Positions 10,530 through 26,290 of a stretch of DNA of 64,000 nucleotides are shown here, piece after piece. Location: NCBI RefSeq assembly GCF_022539665.2, contig NC_081332.1, forward strand, positions 7,502,001 to 7,566,000. The letters run 5' to 3'. Within the stretch, counting starts at the first letter, position 1; each line of letters begins with the position of its first letter. The position numbers were made by a program, and so were the translations under genes. This DNA is from Daphnia carinata. Lineage: Eukaryota. The notes under the pieces were generated by a model. It saw only the letters and a list, made by a program, of their open reading frames with translations, was not told where the DNA came from and did not search any database.

Positions 10530-13500
10530 AACTTGGTTCTTCGAACATTCGGTATTTGGCTATGCTTACTAACTTTGATTCGGCAACCTGTTTTTGACGA
10601 ATTTTATTAATTTTTACGATTTCAATGCGAAAATGACTGTGTTTAATGAAATCATTAGAATTTTACACACATAATTCACTACAATTACAAGTACATTTGA
10701 TTTAAATAGTTAAGGATATTGGACTGGTAACCATCGCGTTTGGCGAACAACCAATGTAAAAACTCACCACCAGCTGGCGTTTAGTAAAACATGATCAAAC
10801 TTGGTTCTTCGAACATTCGGTATTTGGCTATGCTTACTAACTTTGATTCGGCAACCTGTTTTTGACGAATTTTATTAATTTTTACGATTTCAATGCGAAA
10901 ATGACTGTGTTTAATGAAATCATTAGAATTTTACACACATAATTCACTACAATTACAAGTACATTTGATTTAAATAGTTAAGGATATTGGACTGGTAACC
11001 ATCGCGTTTGGCGAACAACCAATGTAAAAAACTCACCACCAGCTGGCGTTTAGTAAAACATGATCAAACTTGGTTCTTCGAACATTCGGTATTTGGCTAT
11101 GCTTACTAACTTTGATTCGGCAACCTGTTTTTGACGAATTTTATTAATTTTTACGATTTCAATGCGAAAATGACTGTGTTTAATGAAATCATTAGAATTT
11201 TACACACATAATTCACTACAATTACAAGTACATTTGATTTAAATAGTTAAGGATATTGGACTGGTAACCATCGCGTTTGGCGAACAACCAATGTAAAAAC
11301 TCACCACCAGCTGGCGTTTAGTAAAACATGATCAAACTTGGTTCTTCGAACATTCGGTATTTGGCTATGCTTACTAACTTTGATTCGGCAACCTGTTTTT
11401 GACGAATTTTATTAATTTTTACGATTTCAATGCGAAAATGACTGTGTTTAATGAAATCATTAGAATTTTACACACATAATTCACTACAATTACAAGTACA
11501 TTTGATTTAAATAGTTAAGGATATTGGACTGGTAACCATCGCGTTTGGCGAACAACCAATGTAAAAACTCACCACCAGCTGGCGTTTAGTAAAACATGAT
11601 CAAACTTGGTTCTTCGAACATTCGGTATTTGGCTATGCTTACTAACTTTGATTCGGCAACCTGTTTTTGACGAATTTTATTAATTTTTACGATTTCAATG
11701 CGAAAATGACTGTGTTTAATGAAATCATTAGAATTTTACACACATAATTCACTACAATTACAAGTACATTTGATTTAAATAGTTAAGGATATTGGACTGG
11801 TAACCATCGCGTTTGGCGAACAACCAATGTAAAAACTCACCACCAGCTGGCGTTTAGTAAAACATGATCAAACTTGGTTCTTCGAACATTCGGTATTTGG
11901 CTATGCTTACTAACTTTGATTCGGCAACCTGTTTTTGACGAATTTTATTAATTTTTACGATTTCAATGCGAAAATGACTGTGTTTAATGAAATCATTAGA
12001 ATTTTACACACATAATTCACTACAATTACAAGTACATTTGATTTAAATAGTTAAGGATATTGGACTGGTAACCATCGCGTTTGGCGAACAACCAATGTAA
12101 AAACTCACCACCAGCTGGCGTTTAGTAAAACATGATCAAACTTGGTTCTTCGAACATTCGGTATTTGGCTATGCTTACTAACTTTGATTCGGCAACCTGT
12201 TTTTGACGAATTTTATTAATTTTTACGATTTCAATGCGAAAATGACTGTGTTTAATGAAATCATTAGAATTTTACACACATAATTCACTACAATTACAAG
12301 TACATTTGATTTAAATAGTTAAGGATATTGGACTGGTAACCATCGCGTTTGGCGAACAACCAATGTAAAAACTCACCACCAGCTGGCGTTTAGTAAAACA
12401 TGATCAAACTTGGTTCTTCGAACATTCGGTATTTGGCTATGCTTACTAACTTTGATTCGGCAACCTGTTTTTGACGAATTTTATTAATTTTTACGATTTC
12501 AATGCGAAAATGACTGTGTTTAATGAAATCATTAGAATTTTACACACATAATTCACTACAATTACAAGTACATTTGATTTAAATAGTTAAGGATATTGGA
12601 CTGGTAACCATCGCGTTTGGCGAACAACCAATGTAAAAACTCACCACCAGCTGGCGTTTAGTAAAACATGATCAAACTTGGTTCTTCGAACATTCGGTAT
12701 TTGGCTATGCTTACTAACTTTGATTCGGCAACCTGTTTTTGACGAATTTTATTAATTTTTACGATTTCAATGCGAAAATGACTGTGTTTAATGAAATCAT
12801 TAGAATTTTACACACATAATTCACTACAATTACAAGTACATTTGATTTAAATAGTTAAGGATATTGGACTGGTAACCATCGCGTTTGGCGAACAACCAAT
12901 GTAAAAACTCACCACCAGCTGGCGTTTAGTAAAACATGATCAAACTTGGTTCTTCGAACATTCGGTATTTGGCTATGCTTACTAACTTTGATTCGGCAAC
13001 CTGTTTTTGACGAATTTTATTAATTTTTACGATTTCAATGCGAAAATGACTGTGTTTAATGAAATCATTAGAATTTTACACACATAATTCACTACAATTA
13101 CAAGTACATTTGATTTAAATAGTTAAGGATATTGGACTGGTAACCATCGCGTTTGGCGAACAACCAATGTAAAAACTCACCACCAGCTGGCGTTTAGTAA
13201 AACATGATCAAACTTGGTTCTTCGAACATTCGGTATTTGGCTATGCTTACTAACTTTGATTCGGCAACCTGTTTTTGACGAATTTTATTAATTTTTACGA
13301 TTTCAATGCGAAAATGACTGTGTTTAATGAAATCATTAGAATTTTACACACATAATTCACTACAATTACAAGTACATTTGATTTAAATAGTTAAGGATAT
13401 TGGACTGGTAACCATCGCGTTTGGCGAACAACCAATGTAAAAACTCACCACCAGCTGGCGTTTAGTAAAACATGATCAAACTTGGTTCTTCGAACATTCG

Positions 13501-16500
13501 GTATTTGGCTATGCTTACTAACTTTGATTCGGCAACCTGTTTTTGACGAATTTTATTAATTTTTACGATTTCAATGCGAAAATGACTGTGTTTAATGAAA
13601 TCATTAGAATTTTACACACATAATTCACTACAATTACAAGTACATTTGATTTAAATAGTTAAGGATATTGGACTGGTAACCATCGCGTTTGGCGAACAAC
13701 CAATGTAAAAACTCACCACCAGCTGGCGTTTAGTAAAACATGATCAAACTTGGTTCTTCGAACATTCGGTATTTGGCTATGCTTACTAACTTTGATTCGG
13801 CAACCTGTTTTTGACGAATTTTATTAATTTTTACGATTTCAATGCGAAAATGACTGTGTTTAATGAAATCATTAGAATTTTACACACATAATTCACTACA
13901 ATTACAAGTACATTTGATTTAAATAGTTAAGGATATTGGACTGGTAACCATCGCGTTTGGCGAACAACCAATGTAAAAACTCACCACCAGCTGGCGTTTA
14001 GTAAAACATGATCAAACTTGGTTCTTCGAACATTCGGTATTTGGCTATGCTTACTAACTTTGATTCGGCAACCTGTTTTTGACGAATTTTATTAATTTTT
14101 ACGATTTCAATGCGAAAATGACTGTGTTTAATGAAATCATTAGAATTTTACACACATAATTCACTACAATTACAAGTACATTTGATTTAAATAGTTAAGG
14201 ATATTGGACTGGTAACCATCGCGTTTGGCGAACAACCAATGTAAAAACTCACCACCAGCTGGCGTTTAGTAAAACATGATCAAACTTGGTTCTTCGAACA
14301 TTCGGTATTTGGCTATGCTTACTAACTTTGATTCGGCAACCTGTTTTTGACGAATTTTATTAATTTTTACGATTTCAGTGCGAAAATGACTGTGTTTAAT
14401 GAAATCATTAGAATTTTACACACATAATTCACTACAATTACAAGTACATTTGATTTAAATAGTTAAGGATATTGGACTGGTAACCATCGCGTTTGGCGAA
14501 CAACCAATGTAAAAACTCACCACCAGCTGGCGTTTAGTAAAACATGATCAAACTTGGTTCTTCGAACATTCGGTATTTGGCTATGCTTACTAACTTTGAT
14601 TCGGCAACCTGTTTTTGACGAATTTTATTAATTTTTACGATTTCAATGCGAAAATGACTGTGTTTAATGAAATCATTAGAATTTTACACACATAATTCAC
14701 TACAATTACAAGTACATTTGATTTAAATAGTTAAGGATATTGGACTGGTAACCATCGCGTTTGGCGAACAACCAATGTAAAAACTCACCACCAGCTGGCG
14801 TTTAGTAAAACATGATCAAACTTGGTTCTTCGAACATTCGGTATTTGGCTATGCTTACTAACTTTGATTCGGCAACCTGTTTTTGACGAATTTTATTAAT
14901 TTTTACGATTTCAATGCGAAAATGACTGTGTTTAATGAAATCATTAGAATTTTACACACATAATTCACTACAATTACAAGTACATTTGATTTAAATAGTT
15001 AAGGATATTGGACTGGTAACCATCGCGTTTGGCGAACAACCAATGTAAAAACTCACCACCAGCTGGCGTTTAGTAAAACATGATCAAACTTGGTTCTTCG
15101 AACATTCGGTATTTGGCTATGCTTACTAACTTTGATTCGGCAACCTGTTTTTGACGAATTTTATTAATTTTTACGATTTCAATGCGAAAATGACTGTGTT
15201 TAATGAAATCATTAGAATTTTACACACATAATTCACTACAATTACAAGTACATTTGATTTAAATAGTTAAGGATATTGGACTGGTAACCATCGCGTTTGG
15301 CGAACAACCAATGTAAAAACTCACCACCAGCTGGCGTTTAGTAAAACATGATCAAACTTGGTTCTTCGAACATTCGGTATTTGGCTATGCTTACTAACTT
15401 TGATTCGGCAACCTGTTTTTGACGAATTTTATTAATTTTTACGATTTCAATGCGAAAATGACTGTGTTTAATGAAATCATTAGAATTTTACACACATAAT
15501 TCACTACAATTACAAGTACATTTGATTTAAATAGTTAAGGATATTGGACTGGTAACCATCGCGTTTGGCGAACAACCAATGTAAAAACTCACCACCAGCT
15601 GGCGTTTAGTAAAACATGATCAAACTTGGTTCTTCGAACATTCGGTATTTGGCTATGCTTACTAACTTTGATTCGGCAACCTGTTTTTGACGAATTTTAT
15701 TAATTTTTACGATTTCAATGCGAAAATGACTGTGTTTAATGAAATCATTAGAATTTTACACACATAATTCACTACAATTACAAGTACATTTGATTTAAAT
15801 AGTTAAGGATATTGGACTGGTAACCATCGCGTTTGGCGAACAACCAATGTAAAAACTCACCACCAGCTGGCGTTTAGTAAAACATGATCAAACTTGGTTC
15901 TTCGAACATTCGGTATTTGGCTATGCTTACTAACTTTGATTCGGCAACCTGTTTTTGACGAATTTTATTAATTTTTACGATTTCAATGCGAAAATGACTG
16001 TGTTTAATGAAATCATTAGAATTTTACACACATAATTCACTACAATTACAAGTACATTTGATTTAAATAGTTAAGGATATTGGACTGGTAACCATCGCGT
16101 TTGGCGAACAACCAATGTAAAAACTCACCACCAGCTGGCGTTTAGTAAAACATGATCAAACTTGGTTCTTCGAACATTCGGTATTTGGCTATGCTTACTA
16201 ACTTTGATTCGGCAACCTGTTTTTGACGAATTTTATTAATTTTTACGATTTCAATGCGAAAATGACTGTGTTTAATGAAATCATTAGAATTTTACACACA
16301 TAATTCACTACAATTACAAGTACATTTGATTTAAATAGTTAAGGATATTGGACTGGTAACCATCGCGTTTGGCGAACAACCAATGTAAAAACTCACCACC
16401 AGCTGGCGTTTAGTAAAACATGATCAAACTTGGTTCTTCGAACATTCGGTATTTGGCTATGCTTACTAACTTTGATTCGGCAACCTGTTTTTGACGAATT

Positions 16501-19500
16501 TTATTAATTTTTACGATTTCAATGCGAAAATGACTGTGTTTAATGAAATCATTAGAATTTTACACACATAATTCACTACAATTACAAGTACATTTGATTT
16601 AAATAGTTAAGGATATTGGACTGGTAACCATCGCGTTTGGCGAACAACCAATGTAAAAACTCACCACCAGCTGGCGTTTAGTAAAACATGATCAAACTTG
16701 GTTCTTCGAACATTCGGTATTTGGCTATGCTTACTAACTTTGATTCGGCAACCTGTTTTTGACGAATTTTATTAATTTTTACGATTTCAATGCGAAAATG
16801 ACTGTGTTTAATGAAATCATTAGAATTTTACACACATAATTCACTACAATTACAAGTACATTTGATTTAAATAGTTAAGGATATTGGACTGGTAACCATC
16901 GCGTTTGGCGAACAACCAATGTAAAAACTCACCACCAGCTGGCGTTTAGTAAAACATGATCAAACTTGGTTCTTCGAACATTCGGTATTTGGCTATGCTT
17001 ACTAACTTTGATTCGGCAACCTGTTTTTGACGAATTTTATTAATTTTTACGATTTCAATGCGAAAATGACTGTGTTTAATGAAATCATTAGAATTTTACA
17101 CACATAATTCACTACAATTACAAGTACATTTGATTTAAATAGTTAAGGATATTGGACTGGTAACCATCGCGTTTGGCGAACAACCAATGTAAAAACTCAC
17201 CACCAGCTGGCGTTTAGTAAAACATGATCAAACTTGGTTCTTCGAACATTCGGTATTTGGCTATGCTTACTAACTTTGATTCGGCAACCTGTTTTTGACG
17301 AATTTTATTAATTTTTACGATTTCAATGCGAAAATGACTGTGTTTAATGAAATCATTAGAATTTTACACACATAATTCACTACAATTACAAGTACATTTG
17401 ATTTAAATAGTTAAGGATATTGGACTGGTAACCATCGCGTTTGGCGAACAACCAATGTAAAAACTCACCACCAGCTGGCGTTTAGTAAAACATGATCAAA
17501 CTTGGTTCTTCGAACATTCGGTATTTGGCTATGCTTACTAACTTTGATTCGGCAACCTGTTTTTGACGAATTTTATTAATTTTTACGATTTCAATGCGAA
17601 AATGACTGTGTTTAATGAAATCATTAGAATTTTACACACATAATTCACTACAATTACAAGTACATTTGATTTAAATAGTTAAGGATATTGGACTGGTAAC
17701 CATCGCGTTTGGCGAACAACCAATGTAAAAACTCACCACCAGCTGGCGTTTAGTAAAACATGATCAAACTTGGTTCTTCGAACATTCGGTATTTGGCTAT
17801 GCTTACTAACTTTGATTCGGCAACCTGTTTTTGACGAATTTTATTAATTTTTACGATTTCAATGCGAAAATGACTGTGTTTAATGAAATCATTAGAATTT
17901 TACACACATAATTCACTACAATTACAAGTACATTTGATTTAAATAGTTAAGGATATTGGACTGGTAACCATCGCGTTTGGCGAACAACCAATGTAAAAAC
18001 TCACCACCAGCTGGCGTTTAGTAAAACATGATCAAACTTGGTTCTTCGAACATTCGGTATTTTGCTATGCTTACTAACTTTGATTCGGCAACCTGTTTTT
18101 GACGAATTTTATTAATTTTTACGATTTCAATGCGAAAATGACTGTGTTTAATGAAATCATTAGAATTTTACACACATAATTCACTACAATTACAAGTACA
18201 TTTGATTTAAATAGTTAAGGATATTGGACTGGTAACCATCGCGTTTGGCGAACAACCAATGTAAAAACTCACCACCAGCTGGCGTTTAGTAAAACATGAT
18301 CAAACTTGGTTCTTCGAACATTCGGTATTTGGCTATGCTTACTAACTTTGATTCGGCAACCTGTTTTTGACGAATTTTATTAATTTTTACGATTTCAGTG
18401 CGAAAATGACTGTGTTTAATGAAATCATTAGAATTTTACACACATAATTCACTACAATTACAAGTACATTTGATTTAAATAGTTAAGGATATTGGACTGG
18501 TAACCATCGCGTTTGGCGAACAACCAATGTAAAAACTCACCACCAGCTGGCGTTTAGTAAAACATGATCAAACTTGGTTCTTCGAACATTCGGTATTTGG
18601 CTATGCTTACTAACTTTGATTCGGCAACCTGTTTTTGACGAATTTTATTAATTTTTACGATTTCAATGCGAAAATGACTGTGTTTAATGAAATCATTAGA
18701 ATTTTACACACATAATTCACTACAATTACAAGTACATTTGATTTAAATAGTTAAGGATATTGGACTGGTAACCATCGCGTTTGGCGAACAACCAATGTAA
18801 AAACTCACCACCAGCTGGCGTTTAGTAAAACATGATCAAACTTGGTTCTTCGAACATTCGGTATTTGGCTATGCTTACTAACTTTGATTCGGCAACCTGT
18901 TTTTGACGAATTTTATTAATTTTTACGATTTCAATGCGAAAATGACTGTGTTTAATGAAATCATTAGAATTTTACACACATAATTCACTACAATTACAAG
19001 TACATTTGATTTAAATAGTTAAGGATATTGGACTGGTAACCATCGCGTTTGGCGAACAACCAATGTAAAAACTCACCACCAGCTGGCGTTTAGTAAAACA
19101 TGATCAAACTTGGTTCTTCGAACATTCGGTATTTGGCTATGCTTACTAACTTTGATTCGGCAACCTGTTTTTGACGAATTTTATTAATTTTTACGATTTC
19201 AATGCGAAAATGACTGTGTTTAATGAAATCATTAGAATTTTACACACATAATTCACTACAATTACAAGTACATTTGATTTAAATAGTTAAGGATATTGGA
19301 CTGGTAACCATCGCGTTTGGCGAACAACCAATGTAAAAACTCACCACCAGCTGGCGTTTAGTAAAACATGATCAAACTTGGTTCTTCGAACATTCGGTAT
19401 TTGGCTATGCTTACTAACTTTGATTCGGCAACCTGTTTTTGACGAATTTTATTAATTTTTACGATTTCAATGCGAAAATGACTGTGTTTAATGAAATCAT

Positions 19501-22500
19501 TAGAATTTTACACACATAATTCACTACAATTACAAGTACATTTGATTTAAATAGTTAAGGATATTGGACTGGTAACCATCGCGTTTGGCGAACAACCAAT
19601 GTAAAAACTCACCACCAGCTGGCGTTTAGTAAAACATGATCAAACTTGGTTCTTCGAACATTCGGTATTTGGCTATGCTTACTAACTTTGATTCGGCAAC
19701 CTGTTTTTGACGAATTTTATTAATTTTTACGATTTCAATGCGAAAATGACTGTGTTTAATGAAATCATTAGAATTTTACACACATAATTCACTACAATTA
19801 CAAGTACATTTGATTTAAATAGTTAAGGATATTGGACTGGTAACCATCGCGTTTGGCGAACAACCAATGTAAAAACTCACCACCAGCTGGCGTTTAGTAA
19901 AACATGATCAAACTTGGTTCTTCGAACATTCGGTATTTGGCTATGCTTACTAACTTTGATTCGGCAACCTGTTTTTGACGAATTTTATTAATTTTTACGA
20001 TTTCAATGCGAAAATGACTGTGTTTAATGAAATCATTAGAATTTTACACACACACATAATTCACTACAATTACAAGTACATTTGATTTAAATAGTTAAGG
20101 ATATTGGACTGGTAACCATCGCGTTTGGCGAACAACCAATGTAAAAACTCACCACCAGCTGGCGTTTAGTAAAACATGATCAAACTTGGTTCTTCGAACA
20201 TTCGGTATTTGGCTATGCTTACTAACTTTGATTCGGCAACCTGTTTTTGACGAATTTTATTAATTTTTACGATTTCAATGCGAAAATGACTGTGTTTAAT
20301 GAAATCATTAGAATTTTACACACATAATTCACTACAATTACAAGTACATTTGATTTAAATAGTTAAGGATATTGGACTGGTAACCATCGCGTTTGGCGAA
20401 CAACCAATGTAAAAACTCACCACCAGCTGGCGTTTAGTAAAACATGATCAAACTTGGTTCTTCGAACATTCGGTATTTGGCTATGCTTACTAACTTTGAT
20501 TCGGCAACCTGTTTTTGACGAATTTTATTAATTTTTACGATTTCAATGCGAAAATGACTGTGTTTAATGAAATCATTAGAATTTTACACACATAATTCAC
20601 TACAATTACAAGTACATTTGATTTAAATAGTTAAGGATATTGGACTGGTAACCATCGCGTTTGGCGAACAACCAATGTAAAAACTCACCACCAGCTGGCG
20701 TTTAGTAAAACATGATCAAACTTGGTTCTTCGAACATTCGGTATTTGGCTATGCTTACTAACTTTGATTCGGCAACCTGTTTTTGACGAATTTTATTAAT
20801 TTTTACGATTTCAATGCGAAAATGACTGTGTTTAATGAAATCATTAGAATTTTACACACATAATTCACTACAATTACAAGTACATTTGATTTAAATAGTT
20901 AAGGATATTGGACTGGTAACCATCGCGTTTGGCGAACAACCAATGTAAAAACTCACCACCAGCTGGCGTTTAGTAAAACATGATCAAACTTGGTTCTTCG
21001 AACATTCGGTATTTGGCTATGCTTACTAACTTTGATTCGGCAACCTGTTTTTGACGAATTTTATTAATTTTTACGATTTCAATGCGAAAATGACTGTGTT
21101 TAATGAAATCATTAGAATTTTACACACATAATTCACTACAATTACAAGTACATTTGATTTAAATAGTTAAGGATATTGGACTGGTAACCATCGCGTTTGG
21201 CGAACAACCAATGTAAAAACTCACCACCAGCTGGCGTTTAGTAAAACATGATCAAACTTGGTTCTTCGAACATTCGGTATTTGGCTATGCTTACTAACTT
21301 TGATTCGGCAACCTGTTTTTGACGAATTTTATTAATTTTTACGATTTCAATGCGAAAATGACTGTGTTTAATGAAATCATTAGAATTTTACACACATAAT
21401 TCACTACAATTACAAGTACATTTGATTTAAATAGTTAAGGATATTGGACTGGTAACCATCGCGTTTGGCGAACAACCAATGTAAAAACTCACCACCAGCT
21501 GGCGTTTAGTAAAACATGATCAAACTTGGTTCTTCGAACATTCGGTATTTGGCTATGCTTACTAACTTTGATTCGGCAACCTGTTTTTGACGAATTTTAT
21601 TAATTTTTACGATTTCAATGCGAAAATGACTGTGTTTAATGAAATCATTAGAATTTTACACACATAATTCACTACAATTACAAGTACATTTGATTTAAAT
21701 AGTTAAGGATATTGGACTGGTAACCATCGCGTTTGGCGAACAACCAATGTAAAAACTCACCACCAGCTGGCGTTTAGTAAAACATGATCAAACTTGGTTC
21801 TTCGAACATTCGGTATTTGGCTATGCTTACTAACTTTGATTCGGCAACCTGTTTTTGACGAATTTTATTAATTTTTACGATTTCAATGCGAAAATGACTG
21901 TGTTTAATGAAATCATTAGAATTTTACACACATAATTCACTACAATTACAAGTACATTTGATTTAAATAGTTAAGGATATTGGACTGGTAACCATCGCGT
22001 TTGGCGAACAACCAATGTAAAAACTCACCACCAGCTGGCGTTTAGTAAAACATGATCAAACTTGGTTCTTCGAACATTCGGTATTTGGCTATGCTTACTA
22101 ACTTTGATTCGGCAACCTGTTTTTGACGAATTTTATTAATTTTTACGATTTCAATGCGAAAATGACTGTGTTTAATGAAATCATTAGAATTTTACACACA
22201 TAATTCACTACAATTACAAGTACATTTGATTTAAATAGTTAAGGATATTGGACTGGTAACCATCGCGTTTGGCGAACAACCAATGTAAAAACTCACCACC
22301 AGCTGGCGTTTAGTAAAACATGATCAAACTTGGTTCTTCGAACATTCGGTATTTGGCTATGCTTACTAACTTTGATTCGGCAACCTGTTTTTGACGAATT
22401 TTATTAATTTTTACGATTTCAATGCGAAAATGACTGTGTTTAATGAAATCATTAGAATTTTACACACATAATTCACTACAATTACAAGTACATTTGATTT

Positions 22501-25500
22501 AAATAGTTAAGGATATTGGACTGGTAACCATCGCGTTTGGCGAACAACCAATGTAAAAACTCACCACCAGCTGGCGTTTAGTAAAACATGATCAAACTTG
22601 GTTCTTCGAACATTCGGTATTTGGCTATGCTTACTAACTTTGATTCGGCAACCTGTTTTTGACGAATTTTATTAATTTTTACGATTTCAATGCGAAAATG
22701 ACTGTGTTTAATGAAATCATTAGAATTTTACACACATAATTCACTACAATTACAAGTACATTTGATTTAAATAGTTAAGGATATTGGACTGGTAACCATC
22801 GCGTTTGGGGAACAACCAATGTAAAAACTCACCACCAGCTGGCGTTTAGTAAAACATGATCAAACTTGGTTCTTCGAACATTCGGTATTTGGCTATGCTT
22901 ACTAACTTTGATTCGGCAACCTGTTTTTGACGAATTTTATTAATTTTTACGATTTCAATGCGAAAATGACTGTGTTTAATGAAATCATTAGAATTTTACA
23001 CACATAATTCACTACAATTACAAGTACATTTGATTTAAATAGTTAAGGATATTGGACTGGTAACCATCGCGTTTGGCGAACAACCAATGTAAAAACTCAC
23101 CACCAGCTGGCGTTTAGTAAAACATGATCAAACTTGGTTCTTCGAACATTCGGTATTTGGCTATGCTTACTAACTTTGATTCGGCAACCTGTTTTTGACG
23201 AATTTTATTAATTTTTACGATTTCAATGCGAAAATGACTGTGTTTAATGAAATCATTAGAATTTTACACACATAATTCACTACAATTACAAGTACATTTG
23301 ATTTAAATAGTTAAGGATATTGGACTGGTAACCATCGCGTTTGGCGAACAACCAATGTAAAAACTCACCACCAGCTGGCGTTTAGTAAAACATGATCAAA
23401 CTTGGTTCTTCGAACATTCGGTATTTGGCTATGCTTACTAACTTTGATTCGGCAACCTGTTTTTGACGAATTTTATTAATTTTTACGATTTCAATGCGAA
23501 AATGACTGTGTTTAATGAAATCATTAGAATTTTACACACATAATTCACTACAATTACAAGTACATTTGATTTAAATAGTTAAGGATATTGGACTGGTAAC
23601 CATCGCGTTTGGCGAACAACCAATGTAAAAACTCACCACCAGCTGGCGTTTAGTAAAACATGATCAAACTTGGTTCTTCGAACATTCGGTATTTGGCTAT
23701 GCTTACTAACTTTGATTCGGCAACCTGTTTTTGACGAATTTTATTAATTTTTACGATTTCAATGCGAAAATGACTGTGTTTAATGAAATCATTAGAATTT
23801 TACACACATAATTCACTACAATTACAAGTACATTTGATTTAAATAGTTAAGGATATTGGACTGGTAACCATCGCGTTTGGCGAACAACCAATGTAAAAAC
23901 TCACCACCAGCTGGCGTTTAGTAAAACATGATCAAACTTGGTTCTTCGAACATTCGGTATTTGGCTATGCTTACTAACTTTGATTCGGCAACCTGTTTTT
24001 GACGAATTTTATTAATTTTTACGATTTCAATGCGAAAATGACTGTGTTTAATGAAATCATTAGAATTTTACACACATAATTCACTACAATTACAAGTACA
24101 TTTGATTTAAATAGTTAAGGATATTGGACTGGTAACCATCGCGTTTGGCGAACAACCAATGTAAAAACTCACCACCAGCTGGCGTTTAGTAAAACATGAT
24201 CAAACTTGGTTCTTCGAACATTCGGTATTTGGCTATGCTTACTAACTTTGATTCGGCAACCTGTTTTTGACGAATTTTATTAATTTTTACGATTTCAATG
24301 CGAAAATGACTGTGTTTAATGAAATCATTAGAATTTTACACACATAATTCACTACAATTACAAGTACATTTGATTTAAATAGTTAAGGATATTGGACTGG
24401 TAACCATCGCGTTTGGCGAACAACCAATGTAAAAACTCACCACCAGCTGGCGTTTAGTAAAACATGATCAAACTTGGTTCTTCGAACATTCGGTATTTGG
24501 CTATGCTTACTAACTTTGATTCGGCAACCTGTTTTTGACGAATTTTATTAATTTTTACGATTTCAATGCGAAAATGACTGTGTTTAATGAAATCATTAGA
24601 ATTTTACACACATAATTCACTACAATTACAAGTACATTTGATTTAAATAGTTAAGGATATTGGACTGGTAACCATCGCGTTTGGCGAACAACCAATGTAA
24701 AAACTCACCACCAGCTGGCGTTTAGTAAAACATGATCAAACTTGGTTCTTCGAACATTCGGTATTTGGCTATGCTTACTAACTTTGATTCGGCAACCTGT
24801 TTTTGACGAATTTTATTAATTTTTACGATTTCAATGCGAAAATGACTGTGTTTAATGAAATCATTAGAATTTTACACACATAATTCACTACAATTACAAG
24901 TACATTTGATTTAAATAGTTAAGGATATTGGACTGGTAACCATCGCGTTTGGCGAACAACCAATGTAAAAACTCACCACCAGCTGGCGTTTAGTAAAACA
25001 TGATCAAACTTGGTTCTTCGAACATTCGGTATTTGGCTATGCTTACTAACTTTGATTCGGCAACCTGTTTTTGACGAATTTTATTAATTTTTACGATTTC
25101 AGTGCGAAAATGACTGTGTTTAATGAAATCATTAGAATTTTACACACATAATTCACTACAATTACAAGTACATTTGATTTAAATAGTTAAGGATATTGGA
25201 CTGGTAACCATCGCGTTTGGCGAACAACCAATGTAAAAACTCACCACCAGCTGGCGTTTAGTAAAACATGATCAAACTTGGTTCTTCGAACATTCGGTAT
25301 TTGGCTATGCTTACTAACTTTGATTCGGCAACCTGTTTTTGACGAATTTTATTAATTTTTACGATTTCAATGCGAAAATGACTGTGTTTAATGAAATCAT
25401 TAGAATTTTACACACATAATTCACTACAATTACAAGTACATTTGATTTAAATAGTTAAGGATATTGGACTGGTAACCATCGCGTTTGGCGAACAACCAAT

Positions 25501-26290
25501 GTAAAAACTCACCACCAGCTGGCGTTTAGTAAAACATGATCAAACTTGGTTCTTCGAACATTCGGTATTTGGCTATGCTTACTAACTTTGATTCGGCAAC
25601 CTGTTTTTGACGAATTTTATTAATTTTTACGATTTCAGTGCGAAAATGACTGTGTTTAATGAAATCATTAGAATTTTACACACATAATTCACTACAATTA
25701 CAAGTACATTTGATTTAAATAGTTAAGGATATTGGACTGGTAACCATCGCGTTTGGCGAACAACCAATGTAAAAACTCACCACCAGCTGGCGTTTAGTAA
25801 AACATGATCAAACTTGGTTCTTCGAACATTCTATGCTTACTAACTTTGAACATTCGGATATCGCGTTTTCACCACCAGCTGGCGTTTAGTAAAACATGTT
25901 CAAACTTGGTTCTTCGAACATTCGGTATTTGGCTATGCTTACTAACTTTGATTCGGCAACCTGTTTTTGACGAATTTTATTAATTTTTACGATTTCAATG
26001 CGAAAATGACTGTGTTTAATGAAATCATTAGAATTTTACACACATAATTCACTACAATTACAAGTACATTTGATTTAAATAGTTAAGGATATTGGACTGG
26101 TAACCATCGCGTTTGGCGAACAACCAATGTAAAAACTCACCACCAGCTGGCGTTTAGTAAAACATGATAAAACTTGGTTCTTCGAACATTCGGTATTTGG
26201 CTATGCTTACTAACTTTGATTCGGCAACCTGTTTTTGACGAATTTTATTAATTTTTACGATTTCAGTGCGAAAATGACTGTGTTTAATGA
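10530..26290. repeat. 268-bp tandem (satellite) array, ~59 copies, nearly invariant
   Basis: Unit starts aacttggttcttcgaac recur at 10530, 10798, 11067, 11335 and onward. Only isolated variants (~11030, 14378, 18063, 18398, ~20050, 22809, 25102, 25638, 26169, 26266) and one rearranged short unit at ~25830-25900. Confidence 0.99.

Noticed and set aside
14378..18398. 15-mer higher-order repeat suggested by two AG variants exactly 4020 bp apart
   Set aside because: The next expected position (~22422) has the common A, and other variants do not recur at that period.
10530..26290. CRISPR array or RNA-gene (5S/tRNA/snRNA) cluster
   Set aside because: Units are identical end to end with no unique spacers, no cas genes and no recognisable RNA-gene motifs; the context is eukaryotic.
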